64,000 nt of DNA from assembly GCA_004764695.1 (NCBI GenBank), contig SMSO01000033.1, positions 1,798,001 through 1,862,000 of the forward strand, given 5' to 3'. This DNA comes from Schizochytrium sp. TIO01 (lineage: Eukaryota > Protista > Bigyra: Labyrinthulomycetes). Made by a program: the position numbers and the translations under genes. The notes below the pieces were generated by a model, which did not search any database, had not been told where the DNA came from, and saw nothing but the letters and a program-made list of their open reading frames with translations. This document shows, one piece after another, positions 24,721 through 38,267 of the stretch (position 1 is its first letter; each line of letters begins with the position of its first letter).

Positions 24721-27700
24721 CATAAACTGTCTCAGGATCAAGAACCTCAAAGATTTGCAGGATCTGCTAGTACTCCAAAGTATAAGAAAGAATGTATCTA
24801 GGATTTTTGTCAAAACGATTTCCTTCTTAGGTGGAATTGCCATCTGAGCCATTTCTTATTCACTCCCTGGGAATCTGATGCTCTTACTTCATTCGGCACC
24901 GGACAAAACTGCTGCGTATTTCCGGGACGCTCGCCAGCCTGATTTAGCTCAATTTCCATTGCCCTCTTCCGCGCAGGATTGCATGAGACCACCAGCATTG
25001 TTGTAGTTCACAAGCAACAAAATCCACTCTCACTTTGCTCAATTCTAAAAGTACCATAGATATCACAAAACTCAAAGATGGGACACCCATCGTGTTTCCC
25101 TGGTACTGCTAGGACCTCTTTTTTTTTTTTTTTTTTTTTTTAAACACTAAATTAAAAGAGAGGAAATGAAAAGCACTACACATTCTTTTCTTTCCTTCTT
25201 TTTTAAAATTAAAGTTCAAGTTCAAGTATATATTTTCAATTTTTTCACATTTGGGGGGGAAAGAATGCAAGTAGAAAAAGGAATGCTTTCAGGATATTGC
25301 AACAATTCAATCGTATAAGTCCCGGACGAGCGGAATGTTGCGGTAATCACGAGTCGCTGCAGGTGGCAAGGCGTCCTATGCTGGACGCCCGAGCTGGTCG
25401 GAGTACTTGCGGTATCGATTTGGCCCATTCTCTAACTTTAATTTTGTTTTTTTGATGGTTAGATTTCCAAAGAAAACCTTTTCACGCTCCATCTTGGAAT
25501 TTCAACTTTATGATGCAAAAGAACATACCCTTTGCATAAAGTCCGATTCATGCATTGTTAGCATCAAATATGGAGCAGTGCTATCTCGAGCTGATCTTTA
25601 TGCGATTCATAGCTCTTGTTCATTTATGTCCAGGAGTCTGACTTACCAATTGAATGATACTCACCTTGCACGATGAAAGATAGAATCAATCAATAAAAGA
25701 AGGCGCAGAAGACGAATGTAAAGATGATGTTGATAGAAATGAGGAAGAAGAAGCAAATCAGAAGAGGAGTAAGCCGTTTTGCTTTTACTGCATAATCACT
25801 CCAGGATAGACGTCGGGCACCATTGCTTTTGCAATTTATTGCGTTCACAGAACTCTTTTTATTGAGCATCATGTCTGGCGCACTTAAAGAGGCGGGGCTT
25901 GTGCTGACTCATAATGTATGATGCGTTGCATATAGGCACATGAAAGTATGCTTGGCTGTGCTACAAATATCTAACAAATTCAACTGGAACCTAGAAAGGA
26001 AGCCTTTGAACGTATATTGGCTGATTTCAAGAGGCTGGGGAAAACCGAACCTTTGTCACTGCCTCATCGTTCTGCTAAGGTCATGCAGCACAGCACAGCA
26101 CAGCTTTGTGCCTGCAAATTAACTATGTCCTGTTGTCGTGACTGCCCCTGCTATTATTTAGTTGATTCTACCTCAATGGAGAGCGAGGATAAATCAAACT
26201 CAAAATGTCTGTCTACCAGCCATAATTAGAAAGGGGGCCTAAAGCCGAGCCGCAATGCAATCTCCATCTTGTGTTTTTAGTCTTGATTTCAAACCCAACT
26301 TGAAGGAGATAGTGGATATGTGCTATGTAGCTGCTCGTAAATAGGGTCAACTGTCCACGGAGAATGCCAATAGTCAAGCTTGAGGAAAGATTTCCACCTT
26401 TTTTAAAAACCTTTTTTGTTTTTGTTTTTGTAGTAACTATCGATTTGAGCTTGACCAATGATTGATAATTTTTGGTGGCTTCGGAGCATCACGAGTTTTT
26501 CGAAGCAGAGCAGGTGGTCAGCGGCGCAGAACCGCAATCCACAGGCTCTCCAGCCGTGACTCGAATCAGGGTTGGAGTTGTTCCATTGCCGTTCTCTTCG
26601 CTGTTTTGAAGATACAGAGTTACAAAGTGAAAGAATAAGCAAAACACATTCATTCCACCAGGAGGCTCTTAGCTGTCTTCTACTGACGATTGCTCTAGCT
26701 CGGTGCAACAAATGTATCTATTGTAGATGTGGCTCAAGATTGTGGTCGATCAAGCAGTCTCAAACTCCAAGCAAACTGTTGTTTAGAAATGAGATACATC
26801 GGGAGTCAATATGATCAATTCGCCTATAGTTCTGGAAGGCACTCCTCCATCTCACTCGTGGGTACCTTTCTTTCTTTCCAATCCTTCCTTTCTTAATAAT
26901 TATAAGTAAATACCAACGTGCCTGGAGCAGAGTTTTTCTAGTTAGTGGTTTCGGACCATCCGGGACCACGTGACTGTATCAACTTAACAAACGGCAGAAG
27001 GCGCGTTCAGAGTAACGCTTGGAGTATTCATTTCACTTTCTCCCCTTTCTTAGTTGAACAAACTGTATCGACGTGCGCACTCACCAATACACTGAAGTGT
27101 TTACTTTACCATTGTGAGTTTCATTTCTTTCTTTCTCGTTGTCTTGACTCTCTTATCATGAATTAATACCGTGTTGCTGACTCTTTTCTCTTTTTCTTTT
27201 TAAATTATTAAAAAAAAAACAAAAAAAACATTCTGTTTTATTCGTGTGTCCTGAAAAGCACACCAATTCTTAAGCAGCAGAGACTCGCTTTTCATTTTTC
27301 CCGTTCTGTGTCCTTATGCATCCCAGAAAAAGACTAAAAGATTAAAAGTTAACAACAAGCTGCGGGGATAACCTTTGCCACGTGAGGCTCCGCCTCCGAA
27401 AAAAAAAAGGGAGACCACTTCTTTGAATAAATGTAGACGACACCAGAGTATTACTTCTGCCGGCGTATAACAATAGCATGCAGCGTGGCCGCGTTAATAC
27501 GGATATTAGTTCAAACTCACTCGAGCAAATATCACCTCGATGAAGACAGCGAAATCTCTCTCAGGTGAATTTCTGAGGGCATCGTTAGTGTCACACTCAG
27601 GTCGAAGGGGGAACCAGCAGCGCGTGGGATTGAGTGGCAGTGAGGGAAGAATCCCCGCAGCTCAAGCAGCGCACGTCCCGCAGCCCAAGCCATCACGTGA

Positions 27701-28976
27701 AAGCCCTCACGAGAAACTGAGAAACTGAGAAACTGCAGTGAGCTTCTTTCACGCTATCCTCGCCTGCTCTTCCCATACCTGTCGCGGCGATGACTCCAGC
27801 ACAGATAGTAAATATCCAATGTCTCACGGTGTCGCACATTTAGCATGAATCAACTTCATACGCTCCCTTCGAAAGCAAGCTTCGACCTCTGCTTATTTTA
27901 AAACTACTTCTGTGCCAAGAGCCCTTGGTGACCCTGGGCTTGCTATCCATTAAACTTTCTATGCGACTGCTACTATATGCGGTCCTCGCTGTTTTTTCTC
28001 ATCATGTAGCTAGCTATATATAGCTATCTGCCTTAAACTGGCGAGCGCTTTTTTCGTCTTCGGTCACGGCCAACTAAAAGCCACCGCGGACCCGACGCAG
28101 CGACGGCGGGGGTGAATCCCCGTGCGTTGAAGCTGGCGAAGTTGATGCTGTGGCGAGACTGGCGACTCGCAAGAGAAATGAATGCCTCGTTGGGTCTAGC
28201 CGGCAAGGCAGCTAAAGCAGCAGGATACAGCTTCGTTTGGCTTGCAGCGAGCGTCCGCAAGGGTCAAGGGGAAGATTTCTGATTGGGGCTTTTCAGAAAG
28301 AAAAAGATTTTCTTTCTTTCCTTCTTGGCTTTGGTTATGCTCAACTCTATTCAGGCTCTCGGCCCTTTCAGTTAACCCTTTTTTAAACCCTTTTTTTTTT
28401 TTTTAATGTTTGATTTTTAAAGTTAATTAAACATTTAACTGAAAGAAGAAGGGTTTGGAAGAAGAAAAAAAATCAAACTTCAAACTTCAAACTTAACTAC
28501 AACAAACTATTTAAAAAAGGCACCGCACAGTGTTAGGGTAGCACCTACCTACTAGTACCTAATAGTTAAACTTCGGGTCTTTCTTCCCTTCGTACTCCAT
28601 TTTCTTCTGTTACCGTCTAATTTTCCAAAGGGCGATTATGGGTCTTCGATTTCCGAAGATCTTGGGCTCTTGGCTCTCTTTCTGCATAAAGATGTCCAAG
28701 CCTCGAGCCAGCTGCAGGCTCCCCGATCGTCGCGCCCGCCCGGGGTTTGTAGCGCTTGAGCGGTCCTATGCAGCGCCGGATAGAACGTGACGGCGCCGGA
28801 AAGAAGAGGAGAAGAGGGTCTGGTCTGGGCAAGGGCACCCACCGCGACGTGATGACCGTCTGTTCTTGCCATAATACAAACACGTATGCAGATTATGAAA
28901 GAGACAGAGAGAAAAGTGACCGAAAGGATCCGTCGTTCAGAGTTTCTCTTGATAAGCTGAAGAAGTTCAAGGAACA

Positions 28977-29060
28977 AATGAATGAATGAAGGAATGAAGG
29001 AATGAATGAATGAATGAATGAATGAATGAATGAAGGAATGAAGGAATGAAGGAATGAATG
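28977..29060. repeat. Compound (GAAT)/(GAAG) microsatellite
   Basis: Direct reading. Confidence 0.9.
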
Positions 29061-32000
29061 TATGTCAAAAGAGGCACATTCTCCATGATAAGACAGACCA
29101 TTCCACCTGTTTGTAGCCTGCAACCTCGAGGAGGGAGGCCCAACGGTGGAACCGGAAATGTTTCTGCATGCAAGAGCTCAGGTGCAGCCCGCAAGGCGAA
29201 GGAAGGCTTAGAAGCGGGAGCTATCGTGAGTGAGTGAGTGAGTCTTTGATCGTGCGTGAGTGAGTGAGTGAGGACGAGAGACGCGCCGCTGTTTCCCCTC
29301 TTCTTGGCTAAAAGCTGGGATCTGAAAGAGAGCTAAAAGCGCTGCCATTTGCTGTTATCATTCAAGATGGATCCCCCTCTTCAGGCAGGTCAGCCAATGA
29401 AGAATCGATCTGCAAGGCGGCGATGAAGCGAAGGGGATATTGGGCGAGGAATCTGCGATGATAAGGTATCCATCCGCCGCACTGGGTGAGGTTGAGAGCT
29501 CTCTCGTATGTGGCGGGTTGGCTGCGATGGTGGATCTAGATCGAACCTAGGGATACGTCGCGATCACGCTAAATCTACGAAAGTCCCACTGAGGCTTTCT
29601 TTGACACGGCGTGGCTTGTTTGGGCAGGTTTCTCGTGGGTCCTATCGAGGTTTTCAAGAAAACGTTAATCCAGCCATCAGAACAATCGAAGCAAACTCGT
29701 TTTCTCACTGGAAGTGCCACTTTTTTCGATTGAAAGTTCGTTCCTTTAATTTGCTGTAATTTTAGTTTAAAAGATTAGTTTATTTCAATTTAAATTAAAA
29801 AGTTTAAATGATATCAAAGAACGGATTGAATGAAAGTCACTTTCGAAAGGCTGTGTTGTTTTTGCTTTTTTTTTTTCTACAATTAAAAACATGAAAGAAC
29901 AACATCGAATGATGACACGGGAAGGAAGAAGGAGAAGAGAGTTCTGCGTAGAAAATAAAGAAACGGTTATCGAAACATGGAAAACTGGGGAATACATGGG
30001 CGAATGAATGGAGCATGGATGCCCACTCGGCCATCCATGCATGTGGACTTTGGAGGCAGAGCATTCGAGGGCACCGAAATAGAATTAACATAGACGGTGC
30101 TCTGACTCTAGACGCAACGAATGGCAGCGCTGGAACCCACGGACACGCAAACCGCATTCTTGAAGGGGATTTTTGCGGACTTCACGGTCAAATGTAGGAA
30201 ACCAATGGCATTCGATGTACCATTAGATGGCAGATGCATAGACCTCGTAGAGTCTTATCTTATCAACTGCGCGGCTGATTAAGACAGAACAGCGCCTTGG
30301 ATGAAAAGTTGAGCGAAATCATGCCAAGTTCCGGTGGCTACGAAGTGATTCACTGTAGATGTTCATTTGTTCACGGTGCTTTTGTTCCGATTCATGCATC
30401 ATCAATCCAGGGATACTGACTGGCTAGTAAGACACCAGACAGTGAAGATAGTGCCCGCGAATGAAAGCTTGAGCTCAAGCAAGCGTGCAATTTTCCTGCG
30501 ACCACAGGGGAACCTCGGGTTGACGTATATGTTGACGCGCTTTTCCATTTGCTTCGACGAGCCTTGCCAATAATAGGCGAACAGCCAGAAAATTGGGAAC
30601 GTGACTATTCGTACAGTAAGTCAACTTGAAGTTTTACTTTTACCTTTATGGAGGTACCAGCCATAAAGCATAGGCCTACGTTAAAAAACGTTTTATTAAA
30701 TAAAACGTTTTTATTTTAATTAACAATAAAATGAAATGAAATGAAATGAAATAAACATGTATATATATATATGTAATGTTTGGTCTCTGCTTTTGACGAG
30801 GCACTTTTTTAATTTTGGATTGGAAAAAAACCTGTACGTACGTACCTAAAGTTCCCCAGCCACGAAGCTGAGCCCTGTGAAGCGGCGTCACCGCTCTTCG
30901 CCAGCACGCAGAAGAGACCATCGCAGTCGACGGCGCAAGGCAGCCTTCAGATTACGACGGCGCCGGTGCAGGTAAAGGCAGAGAGCCTTGTCATAGAGCA
31001 CGCATGCTCTTCCACCTCTTCAGAAAATGCCACGCAGCGCGATCTTTCTCCAATCTTTTTCTTTCTCTTTTTTCTTTTTCAAGGCCGTATGTAGATAGAT
31101 AGCCGTGGTTCAGAATTCATCTCGCTTCTGCTTGCATGAGAAACAAGCAATTGAAAAGAAACTAATGAATGAGTGATTGAATGAATGAACAACCCAAAGA
31201 AGGGAAGATAGAAGGGAGTGAGTGAGAGTGCTGCACGCTTGTTCCTCAGCACTCTTTGAACTGCTCAGTTCGCAGTTTGGACTATATTGTGTTATAAATC
31301 ACGACACTATTTTTTGAAGGAGAAGAGTGTCCGTGTTCTCTTTCGCTGTTCTTCTTCTTCCTTTCTTCCCCTGGAAAGCTGGGAAACGATCAAAAGGAGG
31401 ATGAGGAAGTTGGAGGCAAGAATGAGGGGACAGCGAGGAATTTAAAACTCGCGCAAAGAAGAGCAGAGAAACCAGAGCTGGCCTGGCATCCATCGATCGA
31501 CCTGGAATGGTGGGCGGGGAACGCAGACGTGTCCTCCGTCGCTTCGACGATGCTCGAGCGGCGGCCTGCCTCTCGCCTGCAATGGACTCTGCGGCGTTGG
31601 CTTGAGTGACGTTCAAAGGCTCTCTTTGGGTGGCTGCCGTGAAAGATGGTTGGATGGAGAGGAAAACAGCGAGGAAAGAAAGTGCGAGGAGAGAAAACAT
31701 GGGGTCTCCATCTAGTGAGACTTATTAGCCCCTTAGGGGAAATGCCGACGCACCAAGGCACTAGGTCGTTCCTAGTCTCGAAGGAGAAAGAGCAAAGAAG
31801 TCGATACCTAAAAGTCCAATTGGTGTGGCTGGAATGCCACTTGTAGGCCCCATTGACTTCTTTGCGAATCATGATGACGGCAAGTTAAGCCAGGGAGTAT
31901 CTTCATGGGTCATATTACATGAATGTCAAGTGTTTGAGATGGATTGCTGAAGAAAATAAGCACGATCTTCCTCGAGATGGATTACAGTAATTCGCGCAAG

Positions 32001-32149
32001 AGAATTTATGTCGAGTAGGAGCAATACCAGCGTGTGACACCACGCCTTCATAGTTTTTTGCAAGGGAGTGTGGATTCGCAAGGGCGTCCAGTCAACGAGG
32101 TTTAAAGCGAGGTTTAAAGCGACGTAAACAACTTGAAAGATTTAACAAG

Positions 32150-32980
32150 AAATAAACACGGTCCATTCCAGGGCCGATGAGAAGCTCGAAGGAGCTGGGC
32201 TGCACCGGAACATCGGTACATCCCAACTTCTGGGAGAAATGGCGAAGTTTCTTTGTGGATGAAACACTAAATTGTTAAGGTGGCGTGTCAACTCCTTATC
32301 TATTCATCTCGTCGGCTGTGTGATTACTCACTCCGCCGGGTAGTGTGAATGCGTCAGACACCAACATTTTGAAAGATCTACAGACTGAGCCTTTAATCAA
32401 AACTTTTTCTAAATTTTCTGGGGATTAGGACTGCAATCCGATCAAGATATGTAGTTAAAAACATTCTTTCCGTTGCTTATTAGCTGGGCCGTGTTTTGCC
32501 GATGTGAAAGCAGAAAACTCGCAATTCTCATCAGATATCCAGGCCAAGTCTGATATATTGTATATTGCACTGCACATCATGATGCTGACACACATCAGTG
32601 ATTAAAAATTTATTCATTGTGAAGGATCTTCAAAGATGATGATTTTAAAAAGATGTGTTCCTAAAATTTGGCTTGATTAATGATAGCCGGATTGGTTCTT
32701 GACAAACTGTATGCCGCGCCAACGCTATTTCTCCTCTTCTCCTGAACAGGAGTCTTGCTAAGCTAGGTTTTCCATGCACTTATGTACTTCGACCCTGTAA
32801 CGCATGAATTTGATAGTCTAGTAGCTATAAAAATGGGTCTGACTTCTTGACTCGCAACGCTGGGTGGGACTGACTTTATATTGCCTGACAGCCTGTAACG
32901 GATTCAAGCCTCTGAGACAGATACAAGTTCAACATCCAAATCTAGACAGCTCGCTATTTGCCAATAGGTACAATGTATCT
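32150..32980 (+). mobile_element. Decayed Ty1/copia RT relic
   Basis: PNFWEKWRSFFVDE (32222), IRSRYVVKN (32436), SDIQA, IGS*QT (cf. YGLKQ), LNRSLAKLGF...(D)PC (~32760), and TGGGTGGGACTGACTTTATA, which gives WVDDFI after removing two 1-bp insertions (32861). Canonical RVT_2 order. Confidence 0.55.
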
Positions 32981-33599
32981 TATCGTACTTCCTCGTGAAA
33001 GTTAAAGCAAACGCTGTACGAATGCCTCCTCTGATTGCATAGGTAGGTAGGTGTCTGTGTCTTTGCAAAAATATTCTACGAGTAGCATATTCATGATATT
33101 CGAATGATTTCTTATCTATAATTAGTACCATCAAAAAACACAAGATTGTTATGCACTGCCCAAATATCCAGCTTTCGCTGACAAGTTTGGCTCATGTAGC
33201 TAACATCCTGCCAAATAATCAACGGCCTGCTAGCGAATAAGCTACTAGCAGAATTCTCGTGATAATGATGATCACGTTTATCATAATGCTCACTGAGTTC
33301 CCATAAACCGTGCTCTGCAACGAATTCCGAGCACAAAACCTACAAAAAGAAAAGGCCCTGGAAGCACAGCACGCTTATTAGTAGCTCTGAAAGGTAAGTA
33401 GTAACAACTTCTATTTAAGGAGTACTGCTAAAACTAGGTATTTATCTTTATATATATATATAATTTTTTTTAATAGCAAGAAATCATAATAGTTTCGTAT
33501 TAATTAGAGCTTTAGGAGCTAATGACTCTAAAGCTGAAGATGCTGGCCACAAATAATATATGTTTCCTTCAGGATGGCTCGGTAGCAAGGAAAGCCAAC

Positions 33600-33950
33600 T
33601 CCTCACAGCAATACCTCTTAACGTCTTAAAACTTGCCGCTGACTCAAAGCAGGCTGGTTTCCTGGATTCTGCTTTTAATTTTATAAATTCCATCTTTCGA
33701 AGCACTCTAAATGTAAATCAGCAACTATATGTACTGCTAGGTATAAAGATAACTTTAGCTTTGGTAGTTAGATGTGGTGGGGACCCTTGGCATAGGTCTT
33801 ATCTAATCTTCAGTGAGAATTCTCAAACTGAATACTGATTGGAAATGTTGATGTTGCCCAAGTAAACTTTGCAAAAGAGTTCGGATTTGAGGCCGGGAAG
33901 GGAAGACTGTTTGATTGGTTTGAGTACAGCTGCCCAAGTTTAGCTGACTT
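33600..33950 (-). mobile_element. Possible copia RT fragment
   Basis: SRPQIRTLL, then LDKTYAKGPHHI*LPKLKLSLYL (cf. Ty1 LYIRPPPH...LKKSLYG), then VLRKMEF. Confidence 0.35.
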
Positions 33951-34780
33951 GGAATTGCAAAACTAATAGTCAGCACCTCTCTCGACCGCATCGCCTAATA
34001 CAATATAGATTGTCAAACAGAAGAAAAATCTATTATTTATTATTTCTCATTTTCAGTTTTACTTTTTAAGGCCCAGATCACCATCATAATTATGACTGTA
34101 AAGGGCCTTTCGTAGTCTTCAGTTTCTTCATACCATTAAATGCTCAATACAGTGTAGGAAAGGAAGCCTGAGAGTAATATTTTCAAAGAATGATCTATTT
34201 GGCTTCACATTGAATCGAGTTGATCTTATAATAAAAGGCAAATTGATTCCATGCATCATTTTCCCCCCAAAGCTAGCAGCAGAGTATTTATTAACCATCA
34301 ATTCACAAGTCATGAGTTTTATTTTTCTGCATTAATAGAAAGGACCAAAACCTTGTATTCTTGGATGCGAATAAATTTATTGCACTTGGGTTTACTTTTG
34401 TGATAAAATTTGCACGGTGGAATCATTGAAGCTGTGTCTTGAAATTTTTACAAAGAAATCAAGAAGAGGCTGTAAAATAATATACAATTTCAATCGTGAA
34501 ACTTACTTCGTGCGGTTCTGTCCCTAAGTTATTGAAGTGCATGGCTTGTTAAAACTTTAAACATTCTTTATTTTGAAGAAAAAAATCCCTACACGAGTTA
34601 AATTTTGGTACCGGGCGAGCATGCAGAGTAGGCATATGATAAGTAATAGTACGAGGTTGCCAACTGCGCATCACCTTTGAAGGATGAGACTTGGACAATT
34701 GAAAACTGTCAAGTCTGTCATTATGATTTCGGGAGAAAGAATCTCCTCAAAAAGGAGCAATGACGCGAAAAAAGCCCCCT

Positions 34781-37700
34781 TTACTCCTGGTTCGGGCAAG
34801 AGAGAGAGTTCTCGTACGAGAACTGGTAGCTGATGGAGTAACCAAAACTAGCCATACAGGTAGCCTTTACATTAGCGCTTGCCGGGCATCCATCTTCGGT
34901 GTTGAGTACGTCACACTGCTCGAAACGGATCGGATAAACGAAGAGCGGGTAATACTTGCTATCCGTAGCGAAGAGCTGCAAAGAGTCATTGCATGGCATA
35001 AGGTTCTCGGGCATGAAAAACACCTCAACCCAAGCTGTTCCATTGTAGTATTGCACAGAAATACCTTGCACACAAGGGTCCACCTCATCACGTGTAGTAT
35101 ATTCGCTGACAGAGCTCGCGCAGTAACTCGAGTCATCAGAGCGCAAACCAGCAGATCCATACTTTTCAACAATGAGGTAGGGCTCGCTAGTAGACTCACC
35201 AAGATCCTCACAAGCACTAATGAACTCATCATCAGTCTCTGTAGAGTTCTTTTGGGGCAAAAGTGCAGTGCAGACTGCCGTAATCCAAGCTTGGCCAGTG
35301 GCCTTTTCAGAAGTCTTCAAAATGTTGCTTGAGCATGTCTCTACGCTATTCCGGCTGGTTTGCGATCTCACACCAGCGCTCAATACCGCGTTCTAACTGC
35401 TCGGGGGTACATGCACCAGACCAAAAGGCCTTACAAGCCAAGTGTGCCAATGTCAACGAAGTCTCCTCACACTCCTCGGCATAAGTGTTGTTGGTGTACT
35501 CGCCACCATACTGGTACATATCAGCATTCACTGCATAGCCGCCAATATCATCACGATCCATAGTGGCATCGACAAGGTGTTCAATATTGAGACGATAGCC
35601 ACCAATATAATCGGTTGTGAGCGACTCTGAGTATACACATGTAACACGGAAGAAAATGCCAGATACCGGGTCATAGACAGCCCAGACGCGCTCGTTGTCT
35701 CCATAGCCATCCTCTCCACCATCGGTAAAGGTCAAGTTGAGTGCCTCAGAAATGTCTTTGCCTGACACTGTAGTCCAGCCGGCATACTCTGAGCCGTCAT
35801 AGCAAGCCTCAGGGTCCAAAGTGTAGTGACCAAGTGAAGTATTCAGGAGAAGTTTGTCAAGAATGGAGCGCTCGCCAGTGTAAAAGCTCAAACGATAGAG
35901 TGGATCTTCTACGGTATAGAGAACAATTTCATCCTCACCAGACTTTTCCCAATCAGGCAAGCATGGTGATCCGTAAGCACCGATGTTGCCCCGGCTATTG
36001 CCCATGAGGTCACGAACGGTTTGGTTCCAAATACACGGGTTACCGGCGTGGTCAACAAGCGAGTCGCAAATTGATTCGTAAGGCCAACAGTCCTGATCAC
36101 GGGCGTCACAGACGATGAGCTTCTCGCGAGATCCATCAAAGGCTTGGCCAATCGGATCACCCCAAAGAGCAGCTTCGTTACAACATGAGCTAGATACAGT
36201 GTCGCTAGAGAAGTTGGTGACAACTGTGAGTGTCATTGTAGCGTTTGTTGAGTCCTGTTTAAGTTCTTCGCATACAGCGCTGATGGAACTGTTCGTGATG
36301 TCGCAGTATGGAGTCGTTACCATGAGTTCACGGCAACTCTGGTCTTCCTCACCTACTAAGTAGTTGCAGGTTTCGCAACACGTTTCACAGTAACCCATAG
36401 AATACTCATCATTGAAAGACGAGGTACAGACTTCAGGAGGTGAGTCAGTGTTCTCTGAGCAAGTCGAACATGTGGAATCAGAGCTTGTCGTAACATCCTC
36501 GGCACAAACACCATTGTATAAGGTCAAAGATCCAGTTACGTCGCTTGTGGGCTTGCAGCCAGTTCCGGGAACCTTGACGAGGCACTCTGCAGAAAGGCCA
36601 CACTGGCGGAAACGCACATATTGAGTGAACAGCTCGGGGAAACGATCGCCCGTGGCTTCTAGGACAGTTGTAGAGCAAGGAGGCGTCTCGGGAGGGATGT
36701 ACAAGAGAGTCACCCAGGTACCATTGCTCAGTTCTGCTTCAACAGCAACACCATTGGCACACGTAAGATCGTCAGGAATGGTGGTGTAGTTGTCAATGGA
36801 GGTACCGCATGTAACATCAGAGGTAGTCCACTGGTGCTCAATGATACCGGAGTATGTTTGAGACCAAGAGTAAGCCCCGAATTCTTCCATGTTGGACATA
36901 CATTCGGTGATGTAGGAGTTCTGAGCAGTACTGCCGTAAGTCTCTTCTGAGTTCATTTGGCACGCATACTCAAGCCAGGTGTATGCTTGCTCCTCATCAG
37001 TACCATTAGTGATTTCTTGCAGACAAACATCCACCATTTCACTGTAGGTACTAGCCGAGACGGAAGCCTGGGTGTTGGACAACTCGGCGTTTTCGCACCA
37101 GTATTGTTGCCAGCCTTCCACGGTACGGTTGTAACACGTGTTCTCAGTAAGAGCCTTGCAAGTGTTAACAAGGTCAGGGAGAGAGCGTTCAAGACATTGC
37201 ATATGAAGTGCAGCAGAATCCAAAACATTTGAACCATGCTGATCCTCGTTATCAATGACACCCGTGAAACAGAAACCATCACCTGCGGTGGTGTTCTGAG
37301 TTGTCACAATGCTGTCAATATCAAGACGCGTGCGAGTTGCTCCAACAGCCTTGGTACAAATGACAGTGACAAAAATACCGAGTTCGGAATCACCTACTTT
37401 CCAGTGAACCTCCACATCGATCGGAGAGGTGACAGACCAACTCGAAGGCAATGAGGATTCCGAAGATGGCAATGTCCAAGCTTTTGCGGCATTAGAAACG
37501 TTTACATCGCGAGGGTCGTATTCGAAGCAAGCGTCCGAGTTCAATTGATAAGGCTCACTATCTCCAGGCAGCTGCAGGAGAAAATCAGTTTGAACACCTC
37601 GCTCACCAATGAGGGTAGAGATCTTCAGGTCGTCATCGGTGTCGACCAAGACAAGCTCCATTTGCCCACTAACGTTATAGTCAGCTTGGCATGGAGAGCC

Positions 37701-38267
37701 ATCTTCAAGGTTGCTAGTCCACCAGGAGTAGTGGCTGTTACCCTTAAGCCATTTGCAACGATTGCCAGCGTGGTCGTATTGCTGACGGCAGATGCTCTGC
37801 TCCATCTCACATGTGGTAAAGTTACGAGCATCGCACTCAATCATTAGATCAAATGTTCCATTGAAGGACTCACACAATGGATCGCCATAGCACTTGCAGG
37901 AACGGCAACATGTATCCTCCTCATCCGGGTACACAAACTCGAGCTCCAAGGTGATAGAGTCATTGGAGGCAGGGGTGTAACCAGAGCAGCCTCCAATATT
38001 GATGTTATCACAGTAACGTTCAGAAAGGAGCTGTGTACGGCAAACAGCTTCGTCGGCCTCGTCAATAGAAGCAGCAAGTACATTGCCACAACACGAGCTA
38101 AACCCAAAGCTTGCAGAGCTGCATGAAGAATCCGAACTTGAGGAGTCGCTGACTGAAATGGTGCCTTCAGTGACACTACAAGTGTCTAGTGTCTGTGCTT
38201 CGACATTCTGAGATGCGCATAAAACTGAAAACACGGCACAGGTCAGAAGAACTGCTGATGCCTTCAT
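34781..38267 (-). CDS. Secreted tandem VWD-like glycoprotein, paralog 2, with a +1 frameshift at ~35349-35352 (recent pseudogene or sequence error)
   Basis: The 973-aa ORF ends at ANQPE*. The homologous C-terminus (NSVETC...LSCPNQE) continues in another frame. The coding strand reads CAG CCG G AAT AGC versus ANQP(D/N)(S/T)V in the paralogs. Removing one base gives ~1161 aa. Confidence 0.88.

Noticed and set aside
26460-26640. LIIFGGFG Kelch-like word
   Set aside because: Isolated match with no further Kelch repeats. Likely chance.
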